Shown in pieces: positions 49,208 to 62,348 of a stretch of DNA of 64,000 nucleotides (position 1 is the stretch's first letter; each line of letters starts with the position of its first letter). Source of the stretch: Podarcis vaucheri (Eukaryota). The stretch lies in the NCBI GenBank assembly GCA_965113315.1, contig OZ220368.1. One strand, given 5' to 3'. Below the pieces are notes generated by a model. It saw nothing but the letters and a program-made list of their open reading frames with translations, made no database searches and was not told where the DNA came from. The translations under genes and the position numbers were made by a program.

Positions 49208-50433
49208 CTATATATGTAGAAATACAAAAAAAAGCAATCAATTGGCAAATAAAAAAAGCGATAGAACAAAAATATTCTACAAATGCAGGTTGTATTTGTA
49301 CAAATATTGTACAAATGCAGACCTGCCTAGATCATTGGTTTACATTTCCTAGTAAAGATTATAAAATATCCATCATACATATCATTGCCATGTTCTCTCT
49401 CAGCAATTCCTGGAGTGCTCTAATGTGGCTGAGGAGAACAGAATGACCCCTTCAAAGTTCCACTTAGTCATGACTGAACTAAGGGCTCAGTGCAAGGAAG
49501 CCCCTCTTCATATACACAATTCCATTTTTGCCACCACCAGAGTGCTCTGAAACAGGTGGAATATTACAATCTGCTCTTCATTGCAGTGCTGAGGACTTTG
49601 TGCAGAGGCACCCTCTGATGCCATCATTTCCATTCTAAAGCCCTGAAAGCTTGAGGAGTAAAACTGGGGAAAGGATGCGGGGAGGAAATAGAGTTCCAGT
49701 GGATGTTATTGGTCTCTGTGTGTGGCGTATGTGTGTCCTGCATGACTGTGAAAGGATGATGGTGCACATGTTCATTTTAGCCGCACCCACTTTTACTTTG
49801 GCCATGCTGACCTTGCAGGCATGGTCAAAAGGTAATGCAGCCTTTGGGCAGAAGAGGGTAGCCACCCCTGCAGTAAACAAACAAATCTGGTATCACCCTT
49901 TATTTTTTCAACACAGTATCAATTGGAAATAAAACTGGAAAAGTACTCTTTCAGAAGTGTTAAATTAATAATTTGGAGATACTAAATCCACTTCATAAGT
50001 AAAAGAGAAGGCCTGTCTCCTGATCCTGCCAACACGTGTGGGCCCTCACTGTCATTACATGCCCATTTGTGGAACTCCTTCTCATTAGAGGCAATGTTAT
50101 CCCACTCTTTACTTAAAATGCAATTCTTTTCTCAGGGATTTAGCTGCAAGGATTAAAGTCTTGGTATCTGTATTTTACAACTGCTACTGAGGGCCCATAG
50201 GTTTGTCATTTTATTGTATTTTTATATATTTTGTACACTCCCCTCAGATTCTGTGTATGAAAGGCAGTTTGAAAGGCCAGCCAATAAATAAAACTCACTT
50301 TCCCCTCACCCAGTTCTAAGCGATTCTGTCTCGTTGCTTGGTGGGAGGGAATCAGACTGTGATCCTAAGATGACAGTGGGCTCAATTCAGCTTGACAACT
50401 TATTTGTGCTTTAGTGTTCCGTAATATTAAAAT

Positions 50434-50784
50434 GGGACGTGGGTGGCACTATGGGTTAAACCACAGAGCCTAGGACTTGCTGATCAGAAGGTCGGCGGTT
50501 CGAATCCCCGCAACGGGGTGAGCTCCCGTTGCTTGGTCCCAGCTCCTGCCAACCTAGCAGTTCGAAAGCACGTCAAAGTGCAAGTAGATAAATAGGTACC
50601 GCTCCAGCAGGAAGGTAAACGTCGTTTCTGTGCGCTGCTCTGGTTCGCCAGAAGCGGCTTAAGTCATGCTGGCCACATGACCCGGAAGCTGTACGCCGGC
50701 TCCCTCGGCCAATAAAGCGAGATGAACGCCGCAACCCCAGAGTCAGTCATGACTGGACCTAATGATCAGGGGTCCCTTTATCTT
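50434..50784 (+). mobile_element. Full-length Sauria SINE in SARS1 intron 2 (antisense to the gene)
   Basis: gggacgtgggtggcact head, B-box ggttcgaatccc, cctttatcttt tail, and a perfect 12-bp TSD taatattaaaat (50422-50433 and 50785-50796). Confidence 0.92.
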
Positions 50785-50972
50785 TAATATTAAAATTAAT
50801 AGTATAGTTGAGCATGCTGCCTCATCATCATCCTCTCAGACATACCACTTTTCTTCTGGACAGCTCCCAATCTGTCAATCCTTTTATTTCCCTAATGGCG
50901 TTTTTCATGCCACTGATTGAACTCTACATGTTTTCTAGCACAGTTAATCACAAAACAAAATGGCATACATCA

Positions 50973-51128
<156 letters not shown>

Positions 51129-51182
51129 CTACATTTAAAGGATAAGTTTCTACACAAAATCATAAGTCTATTGAACTATCTG

Positions 51183-51206
51183 GCTGCTGCTGCTGCTGCT
51201 GCTGCT
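51183..51206. repeat. (GCT)8 repeat in SARS1 intron 1; a shorter (GCT)6 run lies at ~22593-22610
   Basis: Read directly from the sequence. Confidence 0.85.
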
Positions 51207-52161
51207 ACTACTATGGGTGTAGCACAGATTAAAATACGGTCATTCTGATAAACTGGAGATTTTATCTTATATTATGCATGATACTGCGCAAAAGTTACAA
51301 TACCCAGGCAACCTCTGAGAAAGGATAGTAGTTTGTAAAGTATTATGGCATATGCTTTTTCTCATTTAATTTCAGCAAGAAGATGCAATTCAGAGGCCTG
51401 CAAATACAGAACACTCCCACTACCAAAGGAAGCAGCTTCCGATTCTGAACACTCATTATGATTTTTGCATGGTACAGTAAAATGAAGTTTAGCATAAATT
51501 GAATATCTCATTTTTATTTTAGTTGTTATTGTTGCTGGATATATATATTTCAAAGATATATTCCTCATCCTACTTCCAAAATTTCAATATACAGACAGCA
51601 GGCAACGCTGTACTTGATGGCAATGCTTTACTTGAAAACTGCTAAAGGTCTTAGAAATCACTTAATGATTTCTACAGCAACTTAAACACACTCTGCTAGA
51701 TGCTGTATAACTTTAAATTCTATAATGATGGCTTCTTTAATTTATTATATCTTGTATTTTATTGTATTACAATTTGAATTCTATATCATTTCATAGACTC
51801 TTCACTACCCGCATACTGGAGATATTGAAAATGAAGTCTAGGAGAGATGGTTTGGGGCATAGGATTATATGGTGAACCTCCATCTGATTCTAAATGAGTA
51901 GCAGTGGTCTCAGGCACCTGACGTGACAGGCCCATTACATTTCCTCCCCCCCCCCGCCCCTCATTTTCTGGTTAAAGGGAATAAAGCACAGGCAATATTA
52001 CCAACACTTTGTCACAATGTAAAGCACAATGTAAAGGGCATTTAACACAAGTTATCAAAATCGCTGGCAAGGAAACATGCCCACAGAAAATGAAGCAGTG
52101 CTGCGGCTGATATGAGCTCTAGCGTGCCAGAGTCACTTTCTATGATGCTGGTTACAGCAGG

Positions 52162-52170
52162 ATTGCATCA
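52162..52170 (-). promoter_or_regulatory. C/EBP-ATF response element (TGATGCAAT) in SARS1 intron 1
   Basis: ATTGCATCA on the plus strand is a perfect CARE/AARE consensus, about 670 nt into intron 1. Confidence 0.55.
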
Positions 52171-52539
52171 GACTAGGCAGCACCAATGCCTGAACAGCGT
52201 CCTGCCAAATCGCAAGCCCGTCCATTTAAAGGGCAATGCAGCTGTGAAACACCAGAGAGGACGGCGAAGAGAAGAGGAAAACCCTAATTGGGAAATACAA
52301 TTAAAACAACAACACCCTACACTTTTTGGAGGGGTGGGGAAGACAGATGGGAGCGCCCTGAAGCCCTCTGAAGGGATGACTCCCCCGATGTTTCAAAAGA
52401 GCCACTCCAAACCTTCCCCTTCGACCGGGGCCTAGAAATAAAGCAGCAGAAGCAAAGACTGGCCGCAGGGTCATCCCTCCCCGTTGGACCTCATGGCTGG
52501 GGGGGGGGGGAGTGAGAGAGAAAGAGAGGTCTGTGTGCC

Positions 52540-53350
52540 CATTCACACGACGGCGGGGAGGGAAGAGACGGCCGTGAGGAGCCCCTTTCTTCTCACGGGC
52601 CTCACCCCTCATCCCACGCCGGACGCCACCGAGGCGAGGAGTTCAAACGCGGCTCCTCACAGAGGTAGCGTGAAAGAGGTTCAAGGAAGAAACATGAGGA
52701 TGGGGAGACACGTGTCGGGGTCGCAAAGGCTGAGGCGTCGCTCTTTCTCTTCTGCCTCTTTCCTAACGACACCCCTAAAGCCTTATCCGACACCTCACCC
52801 ACTGACACCCCCATCCACCCATAGCCCCACGTACATCTCCGCCAGGCCCCGTCGGCGGCCACCAGCGCGTCCACCAGCGCCGGGTCCTTGAAGCGCTTCC
52901 GCTGCGTCTCCCGCACCAGCTCAGGGTCTCCGCCTTTGTCGGCGCGGAAGAGGTCCAGGTCGAGCACCATGGCGCCGGAGGGCAGCGACTGGAAGCCGAG
53001 GGGCGACTGGAAGCCGAGGAGCGGCGCCGGCTCAGGACGGAGGAAGACGCTCGACAGACAGCTAGCCCGCCCGGCGCAAAGCGACAGGAGGAGAGCCCGG
53101 CGAGGCCACGCGTGCGCACTGCGAGCGCGGAGGGGCGTGGGAAAGGCGCTGCGCGTGCGCAGAAGATTCCCACGTAAAGGAGGAGGAGCCTCGCGCAGGG
53201 CGGGCGTTGGGTGTTTAGAGCGCCACCTAGAGGGCACGCGCTAAGCGTGGCGCATGCTCAGGCGGGCTGCGGGTCCTCTGCAAAGTGGAGCTGGGATGGT
53301 CCGGACAGGAGCAGCCTTGCAGGCTTCCGTGCTCAGTGAGGGTTCGTCAG
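52540..53350. promoter_or_regulatory. SARS1: SARS1 CpG-island promoter with NRF1-type site (TGCGCGTGCGCA 53150-53161), GC boxes and a CTCF-like motif (53219-53237)
   Basis: CpG-dense region around exon 1; motifs were read directly from the sequence. Confidence 0.8.
52835..52970 (-). CDS. SARS1: SARS1 exon 1 (136 nt coding)
   Basis: Encodes [34 protein letters not shown]; GCCATGG Kozak context; donor AGAT|GTACGT. Confidence 0.96.
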
Positions 53351-56300
53351 GGTTACAAAGCAAGACTAGTGTACAGCGCAGAAGAGAAAGCGAGAAAAGG
53401 AGAGCTCTAGAACGGGCTGGGTAACATTGTACTGCAGCAGCAATTGCTAACGCTGAAGATACATAGCTGTCAACTTTCCCCTTTTCTTGCGAGGAATAAG
53501 GGAATTTCCCTTTGAAAAAGGGAAACGTTGACAGCTATGTGAAGGTAAGAGCCCAGTGAGGACTTGGGAACCCCCAGCTGGCTGGTTTGAGCACTGTGAG
53601 TCAACGAGCAAGTTAGGGACACAATTCCATTATTCAGTTGTAGTGGAGCAATAAAGACAAGTTTTACCCACTGTCTGGGAATAGGCAATTTGTAGTAAGA
53701 TCACAAATTTTATGGTCTTGTGTTGTTGTTTTTTAGTATACCTAAAATTATTTGCTTATTAGGGGCTGCCCCACATTTTCTTCAAAAAATTGCTTTGCAC
53801 AGGTAATAGTTATCAAATTTTTCAAAAGTAGGGGGTCCATAACTTGGCTTTTGAAAGATAAGGGGTCATCAGTAATTAGCTAATTCAGAACCACTGGTTT
53901 AGACCACAGCACCACCATGGCCCAGTCCCTATTGGTAAATACAGCTGTTACAAAGACACTCTTAGTCTCTAGTACTCAAGGGAAAACTCTCCTTCCTTCG
54001 AGGTTTTTAAGCAGATGTTGAGTGGCCATTTGTCAGGTATGATTCTGCATTGGAGGGGATTCGACTAGATAACCCTTAGGATCCCTTTCAATTCTGCAAT
54101 TCTATGAAGTAAATAACAATAATCTGATCCTATGCTTTCCAACACATAGCTGGCCTGGATGGTCAACAATTGTTTTAATAATACTTGCACTCCCTGTTTC
54201 AGGGAGAGCATTACTAGGTTCACTGCAATCTCATGGAGCTCAGTGATCCCGTCCTTCCTTCCAAAAGGGCCCAAAGTCATCAGGTTGTCACCTCCCCATT
54301 TAGGACATGTCTCAAGATGCTACAAATGCCTTGCAACTGTTTTGAATTTGTACAACTTGCAGCTTTGGTTGTTGCTAAAGCAAGAAGTGCTGTATGTGTT
54401 TAATTTTTTCAAAAGGTAAAATGGTAGCATGCACAACATCCACAATCACAACAGCATTGAAAAAGCAGCCTTTTATGAAGCCTAATGGTTCAGGCAAACA
54501 TTAATAAAAAAAGAACAGTTCTAGCATTTAAGCTAATTGCTCTTGACCCTTTTTTTTATCTAGAGGACCTGACTATTTTATTGGATGTGCACAATAAAAC
54601 AATTCTTTTCCATATCTCAAACCATTAGCTGTTACAAGGTCTTGTTTCCACTTGTATAAATAGAAGACCTACCTTTAAAGCTATTTCCAAGAATGATGTT
54701 GATTATAGCATATATAATAAACCAGTGGGTTAAATGTTAGTTGCCATATTTATACACCACTAGCAGAAGGGATGTAGCTCACTGGTGGAACATATGCTTG
54801 GCATCTAAACGGGGAGAGATCTCAATCCCTGGTATCTTCAGTAGGGCTGCAGAAGACTTTCTTTGGGCAGTGTTTGAGCCCACTGCCAATCCATGTAGAC
54901 AGTAATGAACTCAGTTGAACACTGGCCTGACTGGGTACAATACAGCTTCTCATGTTTCTAATAAAACCAAGTTGCAAGTTCAGAGTGGGTTTCAATGAGA
55001 AGAGGCCTGTTGGCTGCTTTTGTGTGTTCTGCCAGAGTGCCCATTACCATGACCAAATTCATAATAGTATAAAAGGAGAATATTTCAAGACCCTTCAGCT
55101 TTAAGGTGGATACTAATACACAGCTCACTTGTAAAAGCAATGGTTAAGCAAATTCATGCCCCATGCTTTTTTGGGTTTGTTTGTTTGTTTCACTTAAATG
55201 TTTCTTATTCTGTGAGACCAACAGAACTAACAATACAGAGAAAGGAGGCATCTAAGGACTGGCAGTATAGATGCTTTGGGTGTTATGGTGGGACCATAAC
55301 ACAGCGGCAGAGCATGTGGTTTATAAGAATAGTGTCCCAGCTTCAAACCACAGTACAGTATTTTCCATTAAACACAATCTCACATAGATGGGCCAGAAAA
55401 AAAATTAAGATTCCACAACATGCTGCCAGTTAGCACAGCTAGAGATACTCTATAGTAGACCCATTTAAATCAATAGCAGAGCCATTAAAATTGAGCTAGA
55501 TGGTTAATTCATCTTGATGTAAAGCAGATCCTATTTAATTTTTATGCTGTTTAATTGTTATAAATGATGCAATAGTGAGAGTTCCTCACCTTTACTTCAT
55601 CTCCCTTATATCACTCCAAGCAAGAGAGAGATCAGATGAGTTCAGAAGTGTTATTGTTTTTAACCCCAAAAATGTACATGCAATTCTTGCCTCTAGAAAC
55701 TATTAAATTCTATTAAAATCATATATAAAAGGAACCCAGCCCATTTTGCATACAGAGCAAGTTAACCTGCAGTTTATCGTCACAAAGCTGAAAAAACACA
55801 GTTATATAAATATAATCCAATCAATTCTGTAACATACAGAGTTGCAAAAAATCATTGTCATCCATGTAAGAAAGGTATCATATTGTAGTCCCTGAATAGC
55901 ACTTATAATCTAGTCCACACAAACAATAAAAGTCCTTGAAGATTGCTGCTAGGACAACAACATATCTGGTATGTCAATCAAATCTTACAGATACTGGTTT
56001 AATCCATAAATAGTTTCAAGCATATACAAAATATAGCAAAGACAAAAAGCCAGAATAATAAATCACAACTTCATACAAAAACAGAAGCAGTGATTCTATG
56101 AAATTGTCAAAAGTACCCTTCTGATTTCACTTGATGCTCTGAATTAAATTTAAGAGCAAGTCCAGAGAATTAGAGAAGGGCCACTGCTGTAAACTCATAT
56201 AAATGACACAGGTCAGAAAGTCTGGATACTTCCTACCCTCAATAATAAGTATTGGAGTTAAACAAATAAAAACAAGCATTACTCTTGGATTAGCCCCCTT

Positions 56301-59300
56301 TGGGGAGCAAGTAATACAATCTGGGGTGAGAATGGCACTGAATCTTTCAAAGGTGTTGCTGCTAAAACTCCACATCCTCGCTGTACCTCCCGCTTACTGC
56401 TCAACCATGAATTTATTCAAAAGTTGGGGTACAAAATACCCACTGCCTGACCATAAGATTATCTTCTCCACTCCCCGTTTCATCAGCCCCAGTGGTATGA
56501 AGTGGTTGAATGTGTTTGACTAGGTGATGTTGCAGGACAGAACCAAGGAAAAGTTGCAAATGTGTTATTCTGGATGTCCAGCTGCTCTCCATGTCCCACC
56601 TCCACTGTCAGATGCTGCATGTTGCTGGGAAACAACTGTTGTTGCTGTGCTTAGGCGCTGCTTGCAGGCTTCCTGGAAGCCTATGGTTTGGCCATGATGA
56701 GAACATGAAGCTGGAGGAGATGGGCCTTTGGCTTGACCCAGCAGGGCTGCTCTTATGTTTGCATGCCCAACCAAGTGAATTGTTGCCTTTACCACTCCAA
56801 CAAAACATCTAATTTTCCAAACCAAAGATTTTGTGGGGGGGTTTTGCACCACTTACATTCTTAATAAAATGTTTCCTGATCTTTAAGGTCTACTTTGCAC
56901 CCTATCTAGATTGTGGCTGGTGCAAGTGCCCCTCCCCCTTCTCTCTCCCCCCCCCCTACACTATTGAACAAATGACAGACATACAAACATTAAGTCTATG
57001 TGTTAACAAAGCCGCAGAATCATCCCAAAGGATTTGTTGCTGCTTTTGTTTCTTCTCTTTAGCATAAACAGCAGAGGGTGAAAATAAGCTTTTTCAGCTT
57101 GATGTGAGATGCTTAGGTAAGTTGACCTCTGCAATAGACTCTGGACTTACACATCTCTTTATGGTATTCTTTCTGCCTAGTGCTAGCTCTGTGCTTCTGG
57201 TTCTGTTTGCATAAGAACTTATTTTGGAAACAGCCCTGAGTTTCTCTTAACCTTTCTTCCTAATTGTCATAAGCAATGGGGAAGCTATCCATCAACACCT
57301 TCTTCACCACTGGCAATTTATCAACAGCTTATTATCCTAGCTCCTCTCCCCTATCCTGGGTCTTGACAACAGGGTGCCACTTTCCACAGTAGTAGTTTAA
57401 CTATTCCAGGCTGTCCCTGAATATATCTTTATTGTGTAAGAGCCCAGAGCCCAGAGATTTTCAGATGTGTCACTATATTAAAAAGGGCCAGTTTCTCTTT
57501 CGTGTCTCTTGAGGTCAGTTTTCTCATCCTCTGATGAGCATCTCAGGCTTCCTTAGGCCATAGCTTTGGAGTACTTTCCAAGTAAATAAATCCATTTTCC
57601 TTCTGATTGAAAACAGGTAGCAGTGGCATTTAGCACTAGGAAAAGCTAGCTGCTGGATTGGTTTCATAGTCACAGGATTCACTGGTGAAGAAATAAATCT
57701 ACTCCTCTTCCAAGGAATAGCCTGAAATCTGACCGTAAAAAAGCTACATGGACATATATCAAAGTTTATGGTACAGTGACATTTCACTGTTGATGTAAGC
57801 AGCATTATGCTAAGGGGAAAAACATCCACAAGCCTCCGCAGGGTAACTCACCAAGTAAAATGCAGCCCATCTACCATATATGGCAGCTCCTCAATTACTC
57901 CATTTCCCATAACCTATAACACTGCCCACCGCCATCTTTAATTTCTTCTCTTGAAGGAAAAGCAACAGAATTACAAATCCCAATAAACTAAAGTCAACCT
58001 AAGCCAAGGTTAGCCCTCCTTACCTGCAGTTGTACAAATTCCTTCCAGCTGCTCTAAAGGTAAGTTGTTGTTGTTTAACACTTGTACAATATAGATAGAA
58101 AAGTAGAGTGTGTGGAAATTGAGAAAGTTACTGAAAGCAGAACTAAGAGTAATGTCATTGGAATTAAAACTGAATGACTGAAAGGAGGAGCTGGGTTTCT
58201 GTATTTTTCTTCATTGAAGTGCTTTATACTAAAGGCTATTTTAACCTGCCAAAACAAACAGAGAGATGAAATCAGTCAACATTGGCTTGGCAGTTGTCAG
58301 TAATGTTGACTGAATTCAGGAGCAGCCATTTGTAATGTATTCAGTGGCTGTGTTTGGATATAACACTGGCTATTAAAACCAAAACCTAATTATTTCTTCA
58401 CTATTTGCCAAATAAAAAATCTGCATGCCTAGGCCTGCACAAAATTACATGAGGAAGAATTGTAAAAAAACAGCAACAGAGGGCTGTCCAGGGGTAGGAA
58501 GGGATATTTCTGGATAAAGATCAGGCAAGGAAATTGCATAAAATGATAAACATGTTACCTATTTCCCCAGTGAAAGTTGAGAAGCTGGATTTGCTTTAAG
58601 CTGAATTCTGTAATTCATGGCCGAGAGCTTTTTTTCTAAAAGCTTTTCCACTCATCCTTGGGCCTGACAGGGAAATGATTGACTGTAATTCTCCAGCCTC
58701 TATTTGCCATGGCATACTTGATAATCACAGCCACAGATCTAGCACCTGTAATTCACATAACTTGAAAAGAAGTAAGTATTAATTCTTCTGGTGTTCATGC
58801 AGGATAATTCTGCTGGAAGTTCCGCCTGATTCTTGATACTGTGTAAAGTATTTCCTTTTGTTCCTCCAAAGGAAAGTGTTCCAATGGGGCACGGACAATA
58901 GGCACACATTTTCCTGGATGGTAATTCTGAAGTCACATAAAAAATAACACCTCCTGCCTCAATATCCTAGGATAAGGGTGTTCAAGTATTGGAGAAAGTC
59001 AGCACAGGGATAAATGATTCCCTTATTGTTTTAAAACTAAAGGTCTACAAACAAGATGCAAGACTGCACAGCATTTCTCCATAAGTCATCGCTATAAAAA
59101 CAGACGAGGAAAATCCAGCTACTCTGGGCCATAATCTTTTCAATGTTTAAATCATACCCTTTTTAAAGGATTGAAGTATACTCCTTCCAGCCTGGACCAC
59201 ATGCAGATTCTATTATGACGGAATTTAGGGAGCCTTTAGTGGAATTGTCACTTGCAAAGTCATTGCAGACTGCTCTGGCATAAGAAACAGTCATCCTATA

Positions 59301-59938
59301 AAAGTGAGGCTGGTTGGCGGAGTGCAGAACTTTGCAATTTGAGCCCAAATTGTATCTCTTCTGAAGGGTTCTTAATGAGGCAGGCAAGCCTCACCACTGT
59401 TTGACAAAATACTGTTGCTGCTTTAGTACACAGAGAAAGTATTTTGAAAATCAAGTTGGTGTTAAAATAAAACGAACATTTACAGAGCAGCTGTGTGCAT
59501 ATATACTTCACCTAGGTGAGGATTGCAGCCTTAAGAGCCTGTCTCAATGGGCTGACTTAATTAATGGCAATGATATCTTGAGCTGTTTTACACATTTCTG
59601 GTGTCAGGGGAGAGAGGAAATGCAGCTATTGTCACCAGCATAGAACAACTTTTGTTGAAAGGTAAAACCCAAAAGCATTACAGAAGAGTGGGTAGGGAGT
59701 GCAGGAAAACATACAAATATATATCTCCATATAATTTTAAAAGCACAGTTGTATTTGGCATGGTTTTGTTTCGGGAGGGAATGTTAAAATTTTCGGTTTT
59801 AAAAAAGTACAGTAAGAAGCTGAAGTTAAAAGTGTATCCAATAAGGCCACATGGCAAGTTCATCAAAGTGCAGGGATTAACCAAGGAGAACTCCCAAAGC
59901 ATCCTGCAGGAAAGGCATGGGAGGTGGGCAATCCATTC

Positions 59939-60007
59939 CTAAAGATCCATGTCAGTGGTGCCAGAGGAGGTCTTCAGTGGGACCGAGTCAAAGCCATCAG
60001 ATGTTCT
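59939..60007 (-). CDS. ELAPOR1: ELAPOR1 last coding exon
   Basis: ctttag|[22 protein letters not shown] then TAG, matching the recalled human end ([22 protein letters not shown]). Too short to appear in the ORF track. Confidence 0.92.
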   Translation of the reverse strand, partial: [22 protein letters not shown]

Positions 60008-62182
60008 CTAAAGACAACATAAAACGAAGTGTGAGTGGGACTATATAAAATGTCATTTGCAACTCTCAGAGCCCCCACCTTTTGTTTGAAGTAAACCAGA
60101 TTGTGTCATATCCCAGTATTTAGTAACACGGAAAGAACACAGAGTGCAATCCTGCACCCTATGCTCATGAAAGGGCAGTAGGGTGCAAGGGCAGCTCCCA
60201 CAAAACTCTTATGATAATCAGCTGCCTCCATGCATGGTCTTCTGACCTTGTCAGAATGGCTATTGTAGGAGTGTTACGGGAAACACAGTGCTACCTAAGT
60301 GCTATATGGAACCACAGTTTAGTTCTACTTCCAGCTGACTGCAAAAAGCTACGTCTCTGGAGTACTTAAGGACCTTAGCATGGAAGCAACCTGTGCTGGA
60401 TAGCAGTGCATTCAGAAGAGACAGTTGGTGGGGAGGTGAGGGTTGTCACTGAGCCTTGTGGGAGCCACTTAGCAACCAGCACCCAGAGAGGACTGAATTC
60501 AGAAGGATCCACCCAGTGGATAGGGTGCTGGACATGGTTCAAACTCCACTTCTGCAATAACCTCACCAGCAGCTTTGTGCAAAATAATTATTTTGGCCTC
60601 CATCTGCAAAATGGGGGTAACAGTGATCGCAGCAGTTGCATCAGGCTGGTTGTGAGGATAAGGAACTATTATGTTGCAAATAGAAATATATGCTAACAGC
60701 TGAATATTCATAACCTCTTGATTAAAGACCCTAATTCAAGCAAGGCAAGCCCGTACACATGAGAGTTCGCCAACATTTTAACAGAATGTATTTACTGGGG
60801 TGGGGTGGGGGGAATAACTTTTGGGTCACAAGCAGAAAGGCCCACTTTGCTTGTAATTTGCAGGGGAGTGGAGAAAACCCACCCACACTCTGTGTACAGT
60901 GTTCAGTTCCCATAATTTATTCCAGACATGGCATTTGAACCCCACAGGCCCAGATTTCCATAGCTCTGCCTTGGTTCTCCCCAGCTCCATCAAGTCAGAG
61001 CAGCCCTGGCTCTGGCTCTCAGAAGACGAAACTGAGCAAAAGGCAGGCAGATATGTGACACAGAGCCAGTCATATATGATTCTGGACAGCACAACGAGCA
61101 GCAGCTACTTGTTCCAGAGACAAGCCAGGGCTCAAGGACCTTTCTGGGTAAGTTTAGCATCCTACACTTGCAGCCTGAATTAACACCCATTGGTGTGTCT
61201 CCAGCACACATTGGGCCTCCTTGCCTTCCTCCTCCAAAATAAAGGTTGTAGCACCATCCCCCTTTGGGAAAGGAGAGGCTGCAGCTGTAGAAAGCCTGCA
61301 GCGTGGCTTGGATTTCCCAAGAATACCATACCATGCTGGGTCCCAGTCAGATGTCACAAGGCCATATTGTCATCCCATCCAATGCCATTTGGTTACTATA
61401 CGCCCTCAGTCAGCTGGCTTGTTTTTAGACATAGGGGACACAAGACAATACCATCTACATTTGGTCTCTATCTACCTGGAAGACTCCTCCTCTTAGCTTA
61501 TTGAGAACAGCCCTACACACAGACTCCTGCCATGCCTGACTGTACCTAAGAGAAGCCTACAGGAAAACAAATAGCCACATTAGGGGGGGAGGGATAAAAT
61601 GAAAAATAAAAGCAGCGCACCATTAACCAGAACATCAGTCAGTAGAATAGGAAACACAGCAGCACGTGAATATAGACTCTGAGGCTGGAGAAAGCTCACA
61701 GATCTAGGATGAGGATGTTACTGTAATCATGACTTTTGATTGGTCCCTAGCCTGTAGCATCCTGGAAGGTTAGCTGTGTTTGATGTATTTGTTTGGAGAG
61801 AAAATGTCCTTTTCCTTTTGCTACTCTGTCAAGATTTTTAACAGGATAGAGGAGGAGAATGAAGCTTTAATCACTCTTCTCCCTCCCCTCCCCCCAAACC
61901 CCTACTACAGCCTGGGTCTTGCACAGTCAGCAGCCCATGCTAGAAATCATTACTTCAAAAATAAAAGGATAGCGACTACTAGAGAAAGGCACACACACAC
62001 CTCAGGGATACTGTACATATTAAGTGAATTGGGAAGCTGTCTATTCAGATGTGGCCCCACAAGTTCAACATGACATGTTAGACATCTGTCAGGTTAGATA
62101 AACACTGGAGCCAAGCCCAAGGCCTCTGTTGATTCATGCTGGCGCATTACATGTGCAGGCTGGGCCTCACAAAGCACCTTAC

Positions 62183-62348
62183 CTTTGTGGTGAAAGCCCT
62201 TATTTTGCCAAAGAGAGAATTCTTGCTTGTGAATATCAGGTCATCCTCTGCATCTTCCCCCTCCATAATGGCACAACTGTCAGCAGCTGGCAGCTCACTG
62301 TCCTTGGCACTGGAATTCATCACCAGCTTGGAATATTTATACTCCAAC
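62183..62348 (-). CDS. ELAPOR1: ELAPOR1 penultimate exon (cytoplasmic tail)
   Basis: tttgaag|[56 protein letters not shown]|gtaagg; phase is compatible with the previous exon. Confidence 0.93.

Noticed and set aside
52971-53237. N-terminal extension of SARS1 suggested by ORF 52602-53237
   Set aside because: It begins at a non-ATG codon in promoter sequence; the conserved MVLDLD start has a strong Kozak context.
54570-59938. End of the ELAPOR1 3' UTR
   Set aside because: Several candidate AATAAA signals (e.g. 57428, 56412, ~54577) cannot be distinguished without transcript data.
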